DNA from: an uncultured Bacilli bacterium
GTDB taxonomy: Bacteria; Bacillota_I; Bacilli_A; RF39; UBA660
Direction: 5' to 3'
DNA: 43,356 nucleotides
Assembly (NCBI GenBank): GCA_904420615.1
Contig: CAJFVY010000038.1
Coordinates: 1 to 43,356 of the forward strand
Part shown: positions 19,682 through 28,034 of the stretch, one piece after another
Layout: the number at the start of each line of letters is the position of its first letter
Position numbering within the stretch: the stretch's first letter is position 1
The notes under the pieces: model-generated
The model's input: only the letters and a program-made list of their open reading frames with translations
Database searches by the model: none
What the model was told of the DNA's origin: nothing
Made by a program: the position numbers and the translations under genes

Positions 19682-22600
19682 TTAATACTTTTTGTATGAT
19701 ATATCTAGATCTACTGTTCCATTAATCCCAGATACAGTACCACTAGATGTATATTGCCACATATGATAAGCACCAGTATAATCTGTTCCATTATTAACAG
19801 GATCAGTAGTATTATTATAATGAGCTACCCAAACATCATATTCTGAAAGTACATTCATATCTAAATTATCATATAAAAATGACTTACTGGCATAGATCAT
19901 AGGAGTATAGCCGGCATTCTTAATAGTATCTAAAAATGCTTTTGCTACTTTAGTACGCTCCTCCTTAGTTAAGTTATCAGCCCTACCATTTGGTCTTGCT
20001 TCTGTAAATTCTGTATCAAAAACAATTGGATATGTTATTTGATCTCCTATCATTGATAAACTGATATTAGAAAGCACATAATTTGCTTCTTCAATCGCTT
20101 CTTGTTCTGTAATAGCTTGGCTATAAAAATATAGCCCTAAATCAATATCATTTTGTATAACTCCCCTGATATTATTCTGATACTGCAAATCTAAATTCAG
20201 ACTGCCAGTACCATAACCTCTAAAACCTAATCTAACCACGGCAAAATCAATGCCTTCTTTTTTTACAGTAGACCAATTAATATTACCTTGATAATATGAG
20301 ACATCTACACCAAAATATACATTATTATATACCACAATCTTTTTAGTTATTTCTGTTATCTGTTCATTTAATTTAGAATATAGCCTAACAGTAAGTATAT
20401 GGTCTCCGGTACTAATATTAGATAAATCTAAATACGTACTAAATCCAGGAGTCGCATTTACAGTTTCATCACCATAACCTGTAACACTTGATATTACATC
20501 TCCCCTAGGACTTCTTTCAACTGTTAAATTCATGTCCTTACCATCAAGATAAACTTTAATATAAGAATTATCTAATTCTGACATTTCCCATCCAGATATA
20601 GTAAAGCCAGTATTAAATAGACTTCGTGTTGGTGTTTCTAAATGAATAATTCCATCATATTTTTTCAAAGTTATATTTTTCTTTGCAGTGGTAATAATAT
20701 CATTTGTCTTATTATCTACTACTCGTAATTCTAACGTATGTATTCCATCAGCATAACCACTCATATCACAAGATATAGAATATCCAGGAGTTGGATTAGT
20801 GTTTTTCCCACCATAGCCACTAATAGCATTCAAAACATCATTTCTGTTTGTTCTTTTAACTTGATAATCACTGACTTCTCCATTATCTATATATATTTTT
20901 AAACTATAATCCGTCCCGCTTGTCATCAACCAACCTGTCATGGATAAAGTAGTATCTACGGTACTAACAGAGTCTGGACTTTCTATTACTCCAATACCCT
21001 CATATTTTTTTACTGTAATTGTTTTTCTTGACTCAGCCAATATTTCACCTGTTAAATCATCAACTACTCTAACAGTGACTGTATGGGTTCCATCTTTTAT
21101 TACTGTTGTATCTATAGTAGTTTCAAATCCAGGAGTTGGATTAATATCTTTTCCACCATAACCACTAATAGCATTCAAAACATCATTTCGATTGGTTCTT
21201 TTTATATTTTCATACTCTGCATCATCAAGCAATACTTTTACGCTTGCATTAGCATCTGTGGTCATTACCCAACCAGTAACCTTTAAACTAGTAGTAATAT
21301 TGCTTGTAGATGGCTCTTCAACAGTAAGTCTAGATCTATACTTATCTAAATGAATAGTTTTACTTGTTTCAATCATTACTGAATTAGTATTAGCATCAAT
21401 CACTCTTACTTTTATCGTATGTGTACCATCCTTAATAGCACTTAAATCAATTGTTGCCTTAAAACCAGGTGTTGGATTAACAGTAGCATCACCATAATCA
21501 CTAATAGCACTCAAAACATCATTTCGTCTTGATCTAGTTACATCTACAATCTCATCATTATCTAAAAAAACTTGAATCTGAGCATCCTCATTAACACTCA
21601 TCAACCAACCACCAACCACTAAACTATTTCCAGTAACATTAGCAATCGATGGCTCCTCTACATTCAAAAGGGAGCGATATTTTTCTAACACTATATTCCG
21701 ATTAATTTCTTCTAATACTTCATTAGTAGAATTATTTATCACTTCAATTTTCAAATGATGAATCCCATCATCAAAACTACTTAAATCTACTATTTGTTCA
21801 AAACCAGGTGTCGGGTTAACAGTTGCATCGCCATAACCTGTAACAGCTTTTAAAACATCTGCTCTTTTTATTCTTGAAAATTCTTCTAACGCTATATCAT
21901 CAATAGAGGCTCTTACAGTAATAACATCACTACTAGCCATTAACCAACCGTTTACTTTTAACTCGGTTCCTCTTACCACATTACTAGAAGGACTCTCTAA
22001 ATTTACTTTATATTTATATTTTTCTAAAGTGATTTGACTCGTATATTGTTCCATAATTTCATCTGTATTTACGTCATATAATTGAACTGTAATATTATGC
22101 TTGCCATCAGAATAATTTGTGGCATCTATAGTCGTTTTAAAACCAGATTGTGGGTTAACATCAAATCCTCCATAACCCTTTACAGCATTAATCACATCTT
22201 GACGATGATAACGATTGATACCTGTTATTTCTTCATTATCAATATAAACCCTTGCAGTAGCATTCGGATTAGTACTCATTACCCAACCGCCAATTGTAAT
22301 ATTAGTTCCCACAACAGAAAGACTAGGTTCTTCTACTGTCATAATCGATTCATATTTTTTTACTTCAATTACTTTGCTTGTTTCTTCTAAAACTTGATTG
22401 TTTTCATTTACAACCTGCACAACAAGCGTATACTTACCATCTTTATAATTTGTTAAATCTAATTCTTTCTCAAAGCCAGGTGTCGGATTAACAGTAGCAT
22501 CACCATAGCCTGTGACAGCAGTTATAACATCCGCTCTACTGCTTCTTTTAATATCTGTTATCTCTTCATTGTTAAAATATATACGAACACTAGTATTCTC

Positions 22601-22768
22601 TTCTATGCTCATAGCCCAACCACCAATATTTAAAGAAGTATGAGCATAATTGGTATTTGGAAACTCCAAATTTAATAATGTTGTGCTAGATGCATTAACT
22701 GTGTTATAACCTACAATAATTAATATAGTTATCAAACAAAAAATAAATATACGCATTTTAACCTTCAT
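19682..22768 (-). CDS. Secreted GH25 muramidase (lysozyme) preceded by seven tandem ~112-aa modules
   Basis: Signal peptide (cleavage near VNA/SS). Seven repeats each carry GW-x-M, R-x-DV and GYG-x5-NP-x-PGF motifs. The C-terminal ~215 aa carry the GH25 motifs YFGVDVSYYQGNINW and VFDTEF. The start is uncertain: 22768, 22756 or TTG at 22780. Confidence 0.85.
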   Translation of the reverse strand: MKVKMRIFIFCLITILIIVGYNTVNASSTTLLNLEFPNTNYAHTSLNIGGWAMSIEENTSVRIYFNNEEITDIKRSSRADVITAVTGYGDATVNPTPGFEKELDLTNYKDGKYTLVVQVVNENNQVLEETSKVIEVKKYESIMTVEEPSLSVVGTNITIGGWVMSTNPNATARVYIDNEEITGINRYHRQDVINAVKGYGGFDVNPQSGFKTTIDATNYSDGKHNITVQLYDVNTDEIMEQYTSQITLEKYKYKVNLESPSSNVVRGTELKVNGWLMASSDVITVRASIDDIALEEFSRIKRADVLKAVTGYGDATVNPTPGFEQIVDLSSFDDGIHHLKIEVINNSTNEVLEEINRNIVLEKYRSLLNVEEPSIANVTGNSLVVGGWLMSVNEDAQIQVFLDNDEIVDVTRSRRNDVLSAISDYGDATVNPTPGFKATIDLSAIKDGTHTIKVRVIDANTNSVMIETSKTIHLDKYRSRLTVEEPSTSNITTSLKVTGWVMTTDANASVKVLLDDAEYENIKRTNRNDVLNAISGYGGKDINPTPGFETTIDTTVIKDGTHTVTVRVVDDLTGEILAESRKTITVKKYEGIGVIESPDSVSTVDTTLSMTGWLMTSGTDYSLKIYIDNGEVSDYQVKRTNRNDVLNAISGYGGKNTNPTPGYSISCDMSGYADGIHTLELRVVDNKTNDIITTAKKNITLKKYDGIIHLETPTRSLFNTGFTISGWEMSELDNSYIKVYLDGKDMNLTVERSPRGDVISSVTGYGDETVNATPGFSTYLDLSNISTGDHILTVRLYSKLNEQITEITKKIVVYNNVYFGVDVSYYQGNINWSTVKKEGIDFAVVRLGFRGYGTGSLNLDLQYQNNIRGVIQNDIDLGLYFYSQAITEQEAIEEANYVLSNISLSMIGDQITYPIVFDTEFTEARPNGRADNLTKEERTKVAKAFLDTIKNAGYTPMIYASKSFLYDNLDMNVLSEYDVWVAHYNNTTDPVNNGTDYTGAYHMWQYTSSGTVSGINGTVDLDISYKKY
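20327..22681 (-). repeat. Seven in-frame tandem coding repeats (~330-345 bp each) within the GH25 gene
   Basis: Repeat boundaries are at about aa 34, 144, 256, 369, 482, 594 and 709, ending at aa 818. YGDATVNPTPGF occurs verbatim three times (R1, R3, R4). KRTNRNDVLNAISGYGGK occurs twice (R5, R6). Near-identical DNA stretches occur near 21465-21508, 21805-21848 and 22476-22520. Confidence 0.85.
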
Positions 22769-22792
22769 TTTATCACCCAATCCTTTTTAATC

Positions 22793-22821
22793 ATTATACA
22801 ATTAAATTCATCATTACTCAA
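22793..22821 (-). promoter_or_regulatory. Sigma-A-type promoter upstream of the GH25 gene (TTGAGT-17-TATAAT)
   Basis: -35 TTGAGT (22816-22821), a 17-nt spacer and -10 TATAAT (22793-22798), about 25 nt upstream of the ATG at 22768. Confidence 0.5.
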
Positions 22822-22836
22822 GTGTCAAAAAAGAAT

Positions 22837-23958
22837 CTAGAAATTTTTAATATATCTTTTAAAGGATTCTGAAATTCTTCTTACAAAATGTAAATGAGAT
22901 ATAAAACTAAAAATTCTCTGTCTTAACCATTCAATTATAGCACAAGCAATAAAGATTAAAATTGCTAAAACAAATATTCTAATTGGCAATAAAGATGAGG
23001 TCATATTTTCAATTGTATCGAATCCTATAAAATGATAGAAGAAGGAATATACATGATGATTTTCATGAATTAAATAAACTCCCAATACTAAGGCACTAAT
23101 ACTATTAATGATTTTACTTTTAATAGTAAGTGTTCTAAAATATAAAAAATAGAAAATGCTGCTTAATATAATAAGCGGATTACTAAAAGAAGTTTGAAAA
23201 ACGCTGTACATACTGGCAAGTTCTGAAGCATATAAATTTTGAACAGTATCTAAAGAACTAGTCAAATTAAACATCAAAAAATTGATAAAACCAAAGATTA
23301 AAAATAAACTTAAAAAAATAATTTGCTTTTTATTATGAGAATAATTTTTAAAATGAATATTTTCATCTATTGGATATTTACGAAGATAAGCTCCAATAAT
23401 ATACAACATAACAAAATTAATTAATGTAGATCCATGATTACTAACTAAAGTATTACTACTTAATAAAGCAATAATAGAAAAAAGAAAGAATAAAATTAAA
23501 ATCAATTTACGGTGTTGTTTCTGATCCATATTTTTAATTAATTTATTTAAGTATGGTACTAGAAAGCATAAAATCAAATAACAATTAATAAACCAATAAT
23601 CAGTACTATAAAGTGGTAATATTTCTCTTATAAAACTTATAGAATCTATTTGTGAAAGTCCAAAAATAACAAAGATAATAACTATTAACGCTTTATAAAA
23701 CCATCTCATATTAAAAATAGATAATATTTTTTTAAAAGAAATAGTAGTTTTATTATATTGAAAGTATCCTGTTAAAAGGACAAATGAATTAACATGAACA
23801 CTAATTAAAATATATATAAATTGTATCATTAAATTCATTATTCCTGTTGTTGACTCTCTAATTCCTGAATGAATAATAATGTGCCATATAATAATAAAAA
23901 TCATAGATACAATACGCATTAACTCAAAATTAGATTGTCTTTCTTTTTTTACTGACAT
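22837..23958 (-). CDS. Acyltransferase family 3 (membrane O-acyltransferase, AT3)
   Basis: About 10 TM with an N-terminal 'RQSNFELMRIVSMIFIIIWHIIIHSG' AT3 signature including the conserved His. I chose the ATG at 23958 with GGGGGAGAG upstream. Confidence 0.8.
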   Translation of the reverse strand: MSVKKERQSNFELMRIVSMIFIIIWHIIIHSGIRESTTGIMNLMIQFIYILISVHVNSFVLLTGYFQYNKTTISFKKILSIFNMRWFYKALIVIIFVIFGLSQIDSISFIREILPLYSTDYWFINCYLILCFLVPYLNKLIKNMDQKQHRKLILILFFLFSIIALLSSNTLVSNHGSTLINFVMLYIIGAYLRKYPIDENIHFKNYSHNKKQIIFLSLFLIFGFINFLMFNLTSSLDTVQNLYASELASMYSVFQTSFSNPLIILSSIFYFLYFRTLTIKSKIINSISALVLGVYLIHENHHVYSFFYHFIGFDTIENMTSSLLPIRIFVLAILIFIACAIIEWLRQRIFSFISHLHFVRRISESFKRYIKNF

Positions 23959-23988
23959 ATGATGCTCTCCCCCTACTATATACATTAA

Positions 23989-25839
23989 TCAATAAATTGA
24001 TCTATCAACCAGTTGAATCTTTCTTCTAAATGGTCTTAAGTTAGAAAAATCTGGTACCACTAAATGTACTTTTAAAACTTTTTGTTCATAATCTTCACCA
24101 TATTTATATAATAAAATACAAGCTCGATGTTGTCCATCTAAAATGATATTTTTTTCATTAATAACCAATATATATTTTTCATTATAACCATTCTTATTAA
24201 TACTTCTGATTAACTCATTAAATCTTTCTTCTGTCATGCTTGGCAAGTTATGTTCTTCATGAAATTTTGTATATTTTTTATAACTTTCTTTATCTCCACA
24301 CAAAAATAAATATGGTTCACATTCTTTTAATGAAATAATATTTCCATAGAAGTATTGCCTTTTTATTTCTTTTAATTTTATCTTTTCGACATGATAATCC
24401 AAAACTAACGATGGTTCTAAAGTCATCCACACAAAATCATCATTAAATATAAATCTTTTATCAGCAATTATTTTTTTAGTACTAAATTGACTTAAATACT
24501 TTTCTAATCTATACCATTTTAAATGACGATATCTATCAGCCTTTATTCCATAAAATTTATAATTTTGATTAGAAACGGAAATACAAATCAATCTTTCCAT
24601 AGCATGTGCAAAAGAAAAGAAACCACGTTCTGTTTGTTCGAAATCGTTTAATGATAAATGTAATAGTTGTATATCTTTTAAAAGTGATGCTCTAAGAGCA
24701 AAACAAGATCCAGCTACAAATTTATAAGAATCGGGTATAGAATAATTTAAATGTTTTAACCTTTGTTTTACCAAAGAAACTTTATGTAATGGATCATGAA
24801 TAATTAAATTATCAGCAGCTACTAATCCATAATGATTATCATTTGATAAAATATCTATCATTTTATGAACAGAAAAACTACCTAATAAGCCATTGAATAA
24901 GTTACAAAACCAATCTCTTTTACAAAATATTTGATCATAAACATAAATTTTCTTATTAGTACCTTTTGATTGTAATTTTAATACAATATCATAATCATCT
25001 AAATTAACATCTTTTAATATCTCAAAAAATGGCCCAATATCATAACCAAAATTTTCACATTCTACTAGCCTTACATCTTTTTTATATTGTTTTAGCTCTT
25101 CAAATACTAAAGAAGCATCAGAATTTTTAATATATGTTACAGTTAAATCATAATTATAGCAATCCAAATTTTTTAAATATTCTTTAATTTCTTTAAAACT
25201 ATTTGTATAAAAAAGATGTAAAATAACTAAAATTTTCTTATTTTTATTTTTCTTTATATAAGAATGACAACAAAATCTAGCTAGCTTTCGTTTTAACCAT
25301 CTTGTTATTTTATAAGAGTGATAAGTTCCACTATTTGTAATAATAGGAGCAATCGTTCTATTTTCATATTTTCCATGTAATTCATAATGGATTAAAGGAT
25401 TCATATTTAAAGAAGCAACATCTTGATTTGCATCTAAATAAGACTTTGTATCAAATAATGGTGATGGATTATATCCTTTCTTATATCCTATCGTTAAATA
25501 ATGGAAAGCAGGATCCACATCTTTATCTTTTAAATATAATTTTGTGTAATAATCTTTATCAAAATATGTTGAAAGAGAAATAATTTCAGTAAATTCCCTT
25601 TCCAATATTTTATCTTTGTTTTCTATACTAGAGCTCATTATACTTAAAACTTCATTTCTCTTCTTTTCCTGTTTTTGAATCATTAATTTTTCTTTCATAT
25701 CTTTTAAATTCCTAACAAAAACTACAATATTAGGAAACTCCTCCCATAAATTTATAAGCAAACATAATACCCAATAAAATATCAAAAAACATGCCCATGA
25801 TAAATATATTTTAACAAAAATTACTAGACACTTCAACAT
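23989..25839 (-). CDS. RgpF-like (rhamnan synthesis protein F family) glycosyltransferase with an N-terminal TM anchor and a C-terminal DGQHR module
   Basis: The core 'ILVILHLFYTNSFKEIKEYLKNL...ENFGYDIGPFF' resembles the RgpF family. An N-terminal motif reads 'FDxxxYLxxNxDV...NPLxHYxxxG'. The C-terminus reads 'NGYNEKYILVINEKNIILDGQHRACILL'. The start is uncertain: ATG at 25839 or TTG at 25854. Confidence 0.7.
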   Translation of the reverse strand: MLKCLVIFVKIYLSWACFLIFYWVLCLLINLWEEFPNIVVFVRNLKDMKEKLMIQKQEKKRNEVLSIMSSSIENKDKILEREFTEIISLSTYFDKDYYTKLYLKDKDVDPAFHYLTIGYKKGYNPSPLFDTKSYLDANQDVASLNMNPLIHYELHGKYENRTIAPIITNSGTYHSYKITRWLKRKLARFCCHSYIKKNKNKKILVILHLFYTNSFKEIKEYLKNLDCYNYDLTVTYIKNSDASLVFEELKQYKKDVRLVECENFGYDIGPFFEILKDVNLDDYDIVLKLQSKGTNKKIYVYDQIFCKRDWFCNLFNGLLGSFSVHKMIDILSNDNHYGLVAADNLIIHDPLHKVSLVKQRLKHLNYSIPDSYKFVAGSCFALRASLLKDIQLLHLSLNDFEQTERGFFSFAHAMERLICISVSNQNYKFYGIKADRYRHLKWYRLEKYLSQFSTKKIIADKRFIFNDDFVWMTLEPSLVLDYHVEKIKLKEIKRQYFYGNIISLKECEPYLFLCGDKESYKKYTKFHEEHNLPSMTEERFNELIRSINKNGYNEKYILVINEKNIILDGQHRACILLYKYGEDYEQKVLKVHLVVPDFSNLRPFRRKIQLVDRSIY

Positions 25840-25893
25840 ATTCACTTTAATCAAATTTAAATTAATTTTATATTTATTCTAGTTTTAAACTTT

Positions 25894-26752
25894 TTATTCA
25901 TGCATAATATTTCTTAAATATCGATTATCATGAATCATATAAATACCAAGTGTTAGCTTAGAAATACGATTAATTAACTTCGACTTTATCTCAAATGTTT
26001 CAAATAGTAAGAAAAAGGAAATAGCTTGAATAATCACAATAGAATTATTATATAGGATACTTATATGAATAAAATTATTAGCAACTTCATTAATAATAGA
26101 ATTAGCAGCTAACAAGGGATGTACTTGTTCTAAATATCAAATAATTACTAATGACGCATGTTATAAGAAGAAAAATAATATCAATCTTAATAAATTCTTA
26201 GAACGATGCCTAAATAAATAACTCTTAGAAATTGATATCTTCTTAAATAAGCTCCAATAAAATATAAAAATACAAAATTATATAAAGTATAACCAGTATT
26301 ATCAAAAGCATGATTTCCAGTAAGATATCGAATAATAAAAAATAAAACAAACGATATTAACAATTCTGATACGATTTTTTCTAAAACATTAATATAGATT
26401 TATATTTAAAACAAAAAATTTTTTTAATAAATCAACTTTAGATAAGCTTATATAACCTAAAACTGTCAAAATAATTACAATTATTATTCGATAAAAATAT
26501 TAGCATTAATTAAACGCAATAATTTCAATTACCTAATTTTTATTTTAATTGAAAATAACCAATAATTAAAACAAAAGAGTTCACATGCATGATTGTAATA
26601 AATTCTAATTACATAAAAATAAGAACTAATCCTTCGCTAGTACAATGTTCAATTATCTTACCATGATAGATAAAATGATAAAGTATAATCATAAACATAC
26701 TAACAATTCTTAATAATTTAAAGTTTGACAGTTTTGCATCTTGCTCTTTCAT
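25894..26752 (-). pseudogene. Decayed paralogue of the acyltransferase-3 gene (multiple stops and frameshifts, 3'-truncated)
   Basis: The ATG at 26752 has AGGTGA upstream. The translation MKEQDAKLSNFKLLRIVSMFMIILYHFIYHG..IFM*LEFITIMHVNSFVLIIGYFQLK* aligns with the intact gene (NFELMRIVSMIFIIIWHIIIHSG / VHVNSFVLLTGYFQ). Later fragments in other frames also align: YRIIIVIILTVLGYISLSKV, NFVFLYFIGAYLRRY, and the last ORF KSKLINRISKLTLGIYMIHDN against KSKIINSISALVLGVYLIHEN. Confidence 0.85.
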
Positions 26753-26845
26753 TTTGTTCACCTATATATAATATATAACATAAAAAATCTTATTTTATTA
26801 TAGAATAATTCAACCAAAATAAATTTTTAATTTAAAATCACAAGT

Positions 26846-28033
26846 CTATTTTTTGAATTTAGCTCTAATAAATCTTAATGGCTTAGTAATTTTCCAAGAA
26901 AGGCTATTATAAATTGTTTCTATATCTACTTCTAACTGATGCATTTTTTTGTTAAGATCTAATAAGTTTGTTTCTATTTTATTTTTTTCTAAAGTAATAT
27001 TATTAATAATATTAAAAAGTTCTTTCTTATTTAAATCCTTAATATCCATAGTTATAATAATATGACTACCTTTCTTAATTTTTTTATTAATAATAACTTT
27101 AGGATCATTACTATTACTAACATAGTAATTTTTATAGAATAGAAAATCTTGCCATATTAATTCCTCCGGAGTTACTCCTTTTATATTTATTACCTTAAAA
27201 GCTACTCCAAAAGCATCTGTCAAATCAAGTCTTAATTTATTTAAATTTTCTGTTATATTAAGATCTAAAATATATAAATTTTCTTTAATTAAGTATTTAA
27301 AATTATCTCGATCTTGTTCGTTAAAATCCTTACCTCTATCATAATATACTTGATACGTTTTATCAAATTTATCTTTATTATGAGGAGTATGTTCTAAATA
27401 ATCATTACGCCATACATTCAAAGGTATTACTTTAACGGGTAATTTTGTTTTAGAAAGACAATACATAAAACTTAACTGATCTCTTTTACTATACTTTAAA
27501 ATCATCTCAAACCATAATTTCATAGTCTTTTTAACTAAAGGATGATTATGCCTTTTAATAATTAAAGTCATTTCTAATAAACCTAAATTGTCTTTAAAAT
27601 TCTCTTTTTCGTAAAACTTTAATTGTTTTTTAATTATTTCTTCTTTATCCTTTCCTTTAACTATACAAGCTTCAGCTTCTTCTTTTATCGATGATCTAAC
27701 ATTATGCTTACATGCTGCGAATAAATCTTTTTTTACATCAAAATATTTCTTTAAAAATTCCTTTACACTTTTTTTAAATATAATAGAAGCATCTATATAA
27801 ATGCTAAGTGTATAATTTTGATCTAGATATGGATCACCAATCATTTTAAGTTTTCTAGATAAATAATGATTATCTAATTTTTTATCTTCTACATAGATAA
27901 TCTTCCAAGTTTTAGAGTTAATATTTCTATTATTAGTAAAGCAAATATAATCGATTCCTTCTTCTTGTATTTTTACTTCTTTTAAATCATCATAATCACC
28001 AGTGATACAAGTATAAACACAAATTTTTTCCAT
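26846..28033 (-). CDS. DUF616-like glycosyltransferase with a C-terminal coiled-coil tail
   Basis: The N-terminal 'ICVYTCITGDYDDL' resembles the DUF616 signature. The last ~60 aa are heptad-like (LEKNKIETNLLDLNKKMHQLEVDIETIYN) and are followed by SLSWKITKPLRFI. I chose the ATG at 28033. Confidence 0.65.
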   Translation of the reverse strand: MEKICVYTCITGDYDDLKEVKIQEEGIDYICFTNNRNINSKTWKIIYVEDKKLDNHYLSRKLKMIGDPYLDQNYTLSIYIDASIIFKKSVKEFLKKYFDVKKDLFAACKHNVRSSIKEEAEACIVKGKDKEEIIKKQLKFYEKENFKDNLGLLEMTLIIKRHNHPLVKKTMKLWFEMILKYSKRDQLSFMYCLSKTKLPVKVIPLNVWRNDYLEHTPHNKDKFDKTYQVYYDRGKDFNEQDRDNFKYLIKENLYILDLNITENLNKLRLDLTDAFGVAFKVINIKGVTPEELIWQDFLFYKNYYVSNSNDPKVIINKKIKKGSHIIITMDIKDLNKKELFNIINNITLEKNKIETNLLDLNKKMHQLEVDIETIYNSLSWKITKPLRFIRAKFKK

Positions 28034-28034
28034 A

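Noticed and set aside
20940-22390. Plus-strand ORFs 20940-21161, 21083-21286 and 22082-22390 inside the GH25 repeat region
   Set aside because: They are antisense to the repeat-bearing muramidase gene. Their recurrence simply mirrors the tandem repeats on the coding strand, and there are no start signals.
20327-22681. Periodic DNA repeats, considered as a CRISPR array or satellite
   Set aside because: The period is ~336 bp, the repeats are in frame, they are diverged and fully coding, and no short repeat/spacer alternation exists. They are protein domain repeats.
22822-22831. A consensus TTGACA hexamer upstream of the GH25 gene
   Set aside because: It lies 24 nt from the TATAAT box, which is too far for a sigma-A promoter. 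The TTGAGT hexamer at 17-nt spacing is the better -35.
25855-26845. An ORF-poor ~1 kb stretch, considered as a possible ncRNA, CRISPR leader/array or novel non-coding element
   Set aside because: It contains no direct repeats or spacer structure. Frame-hopping translation shows it is a degraded acyltransferase-3 gene, reported above as a pseudogene.
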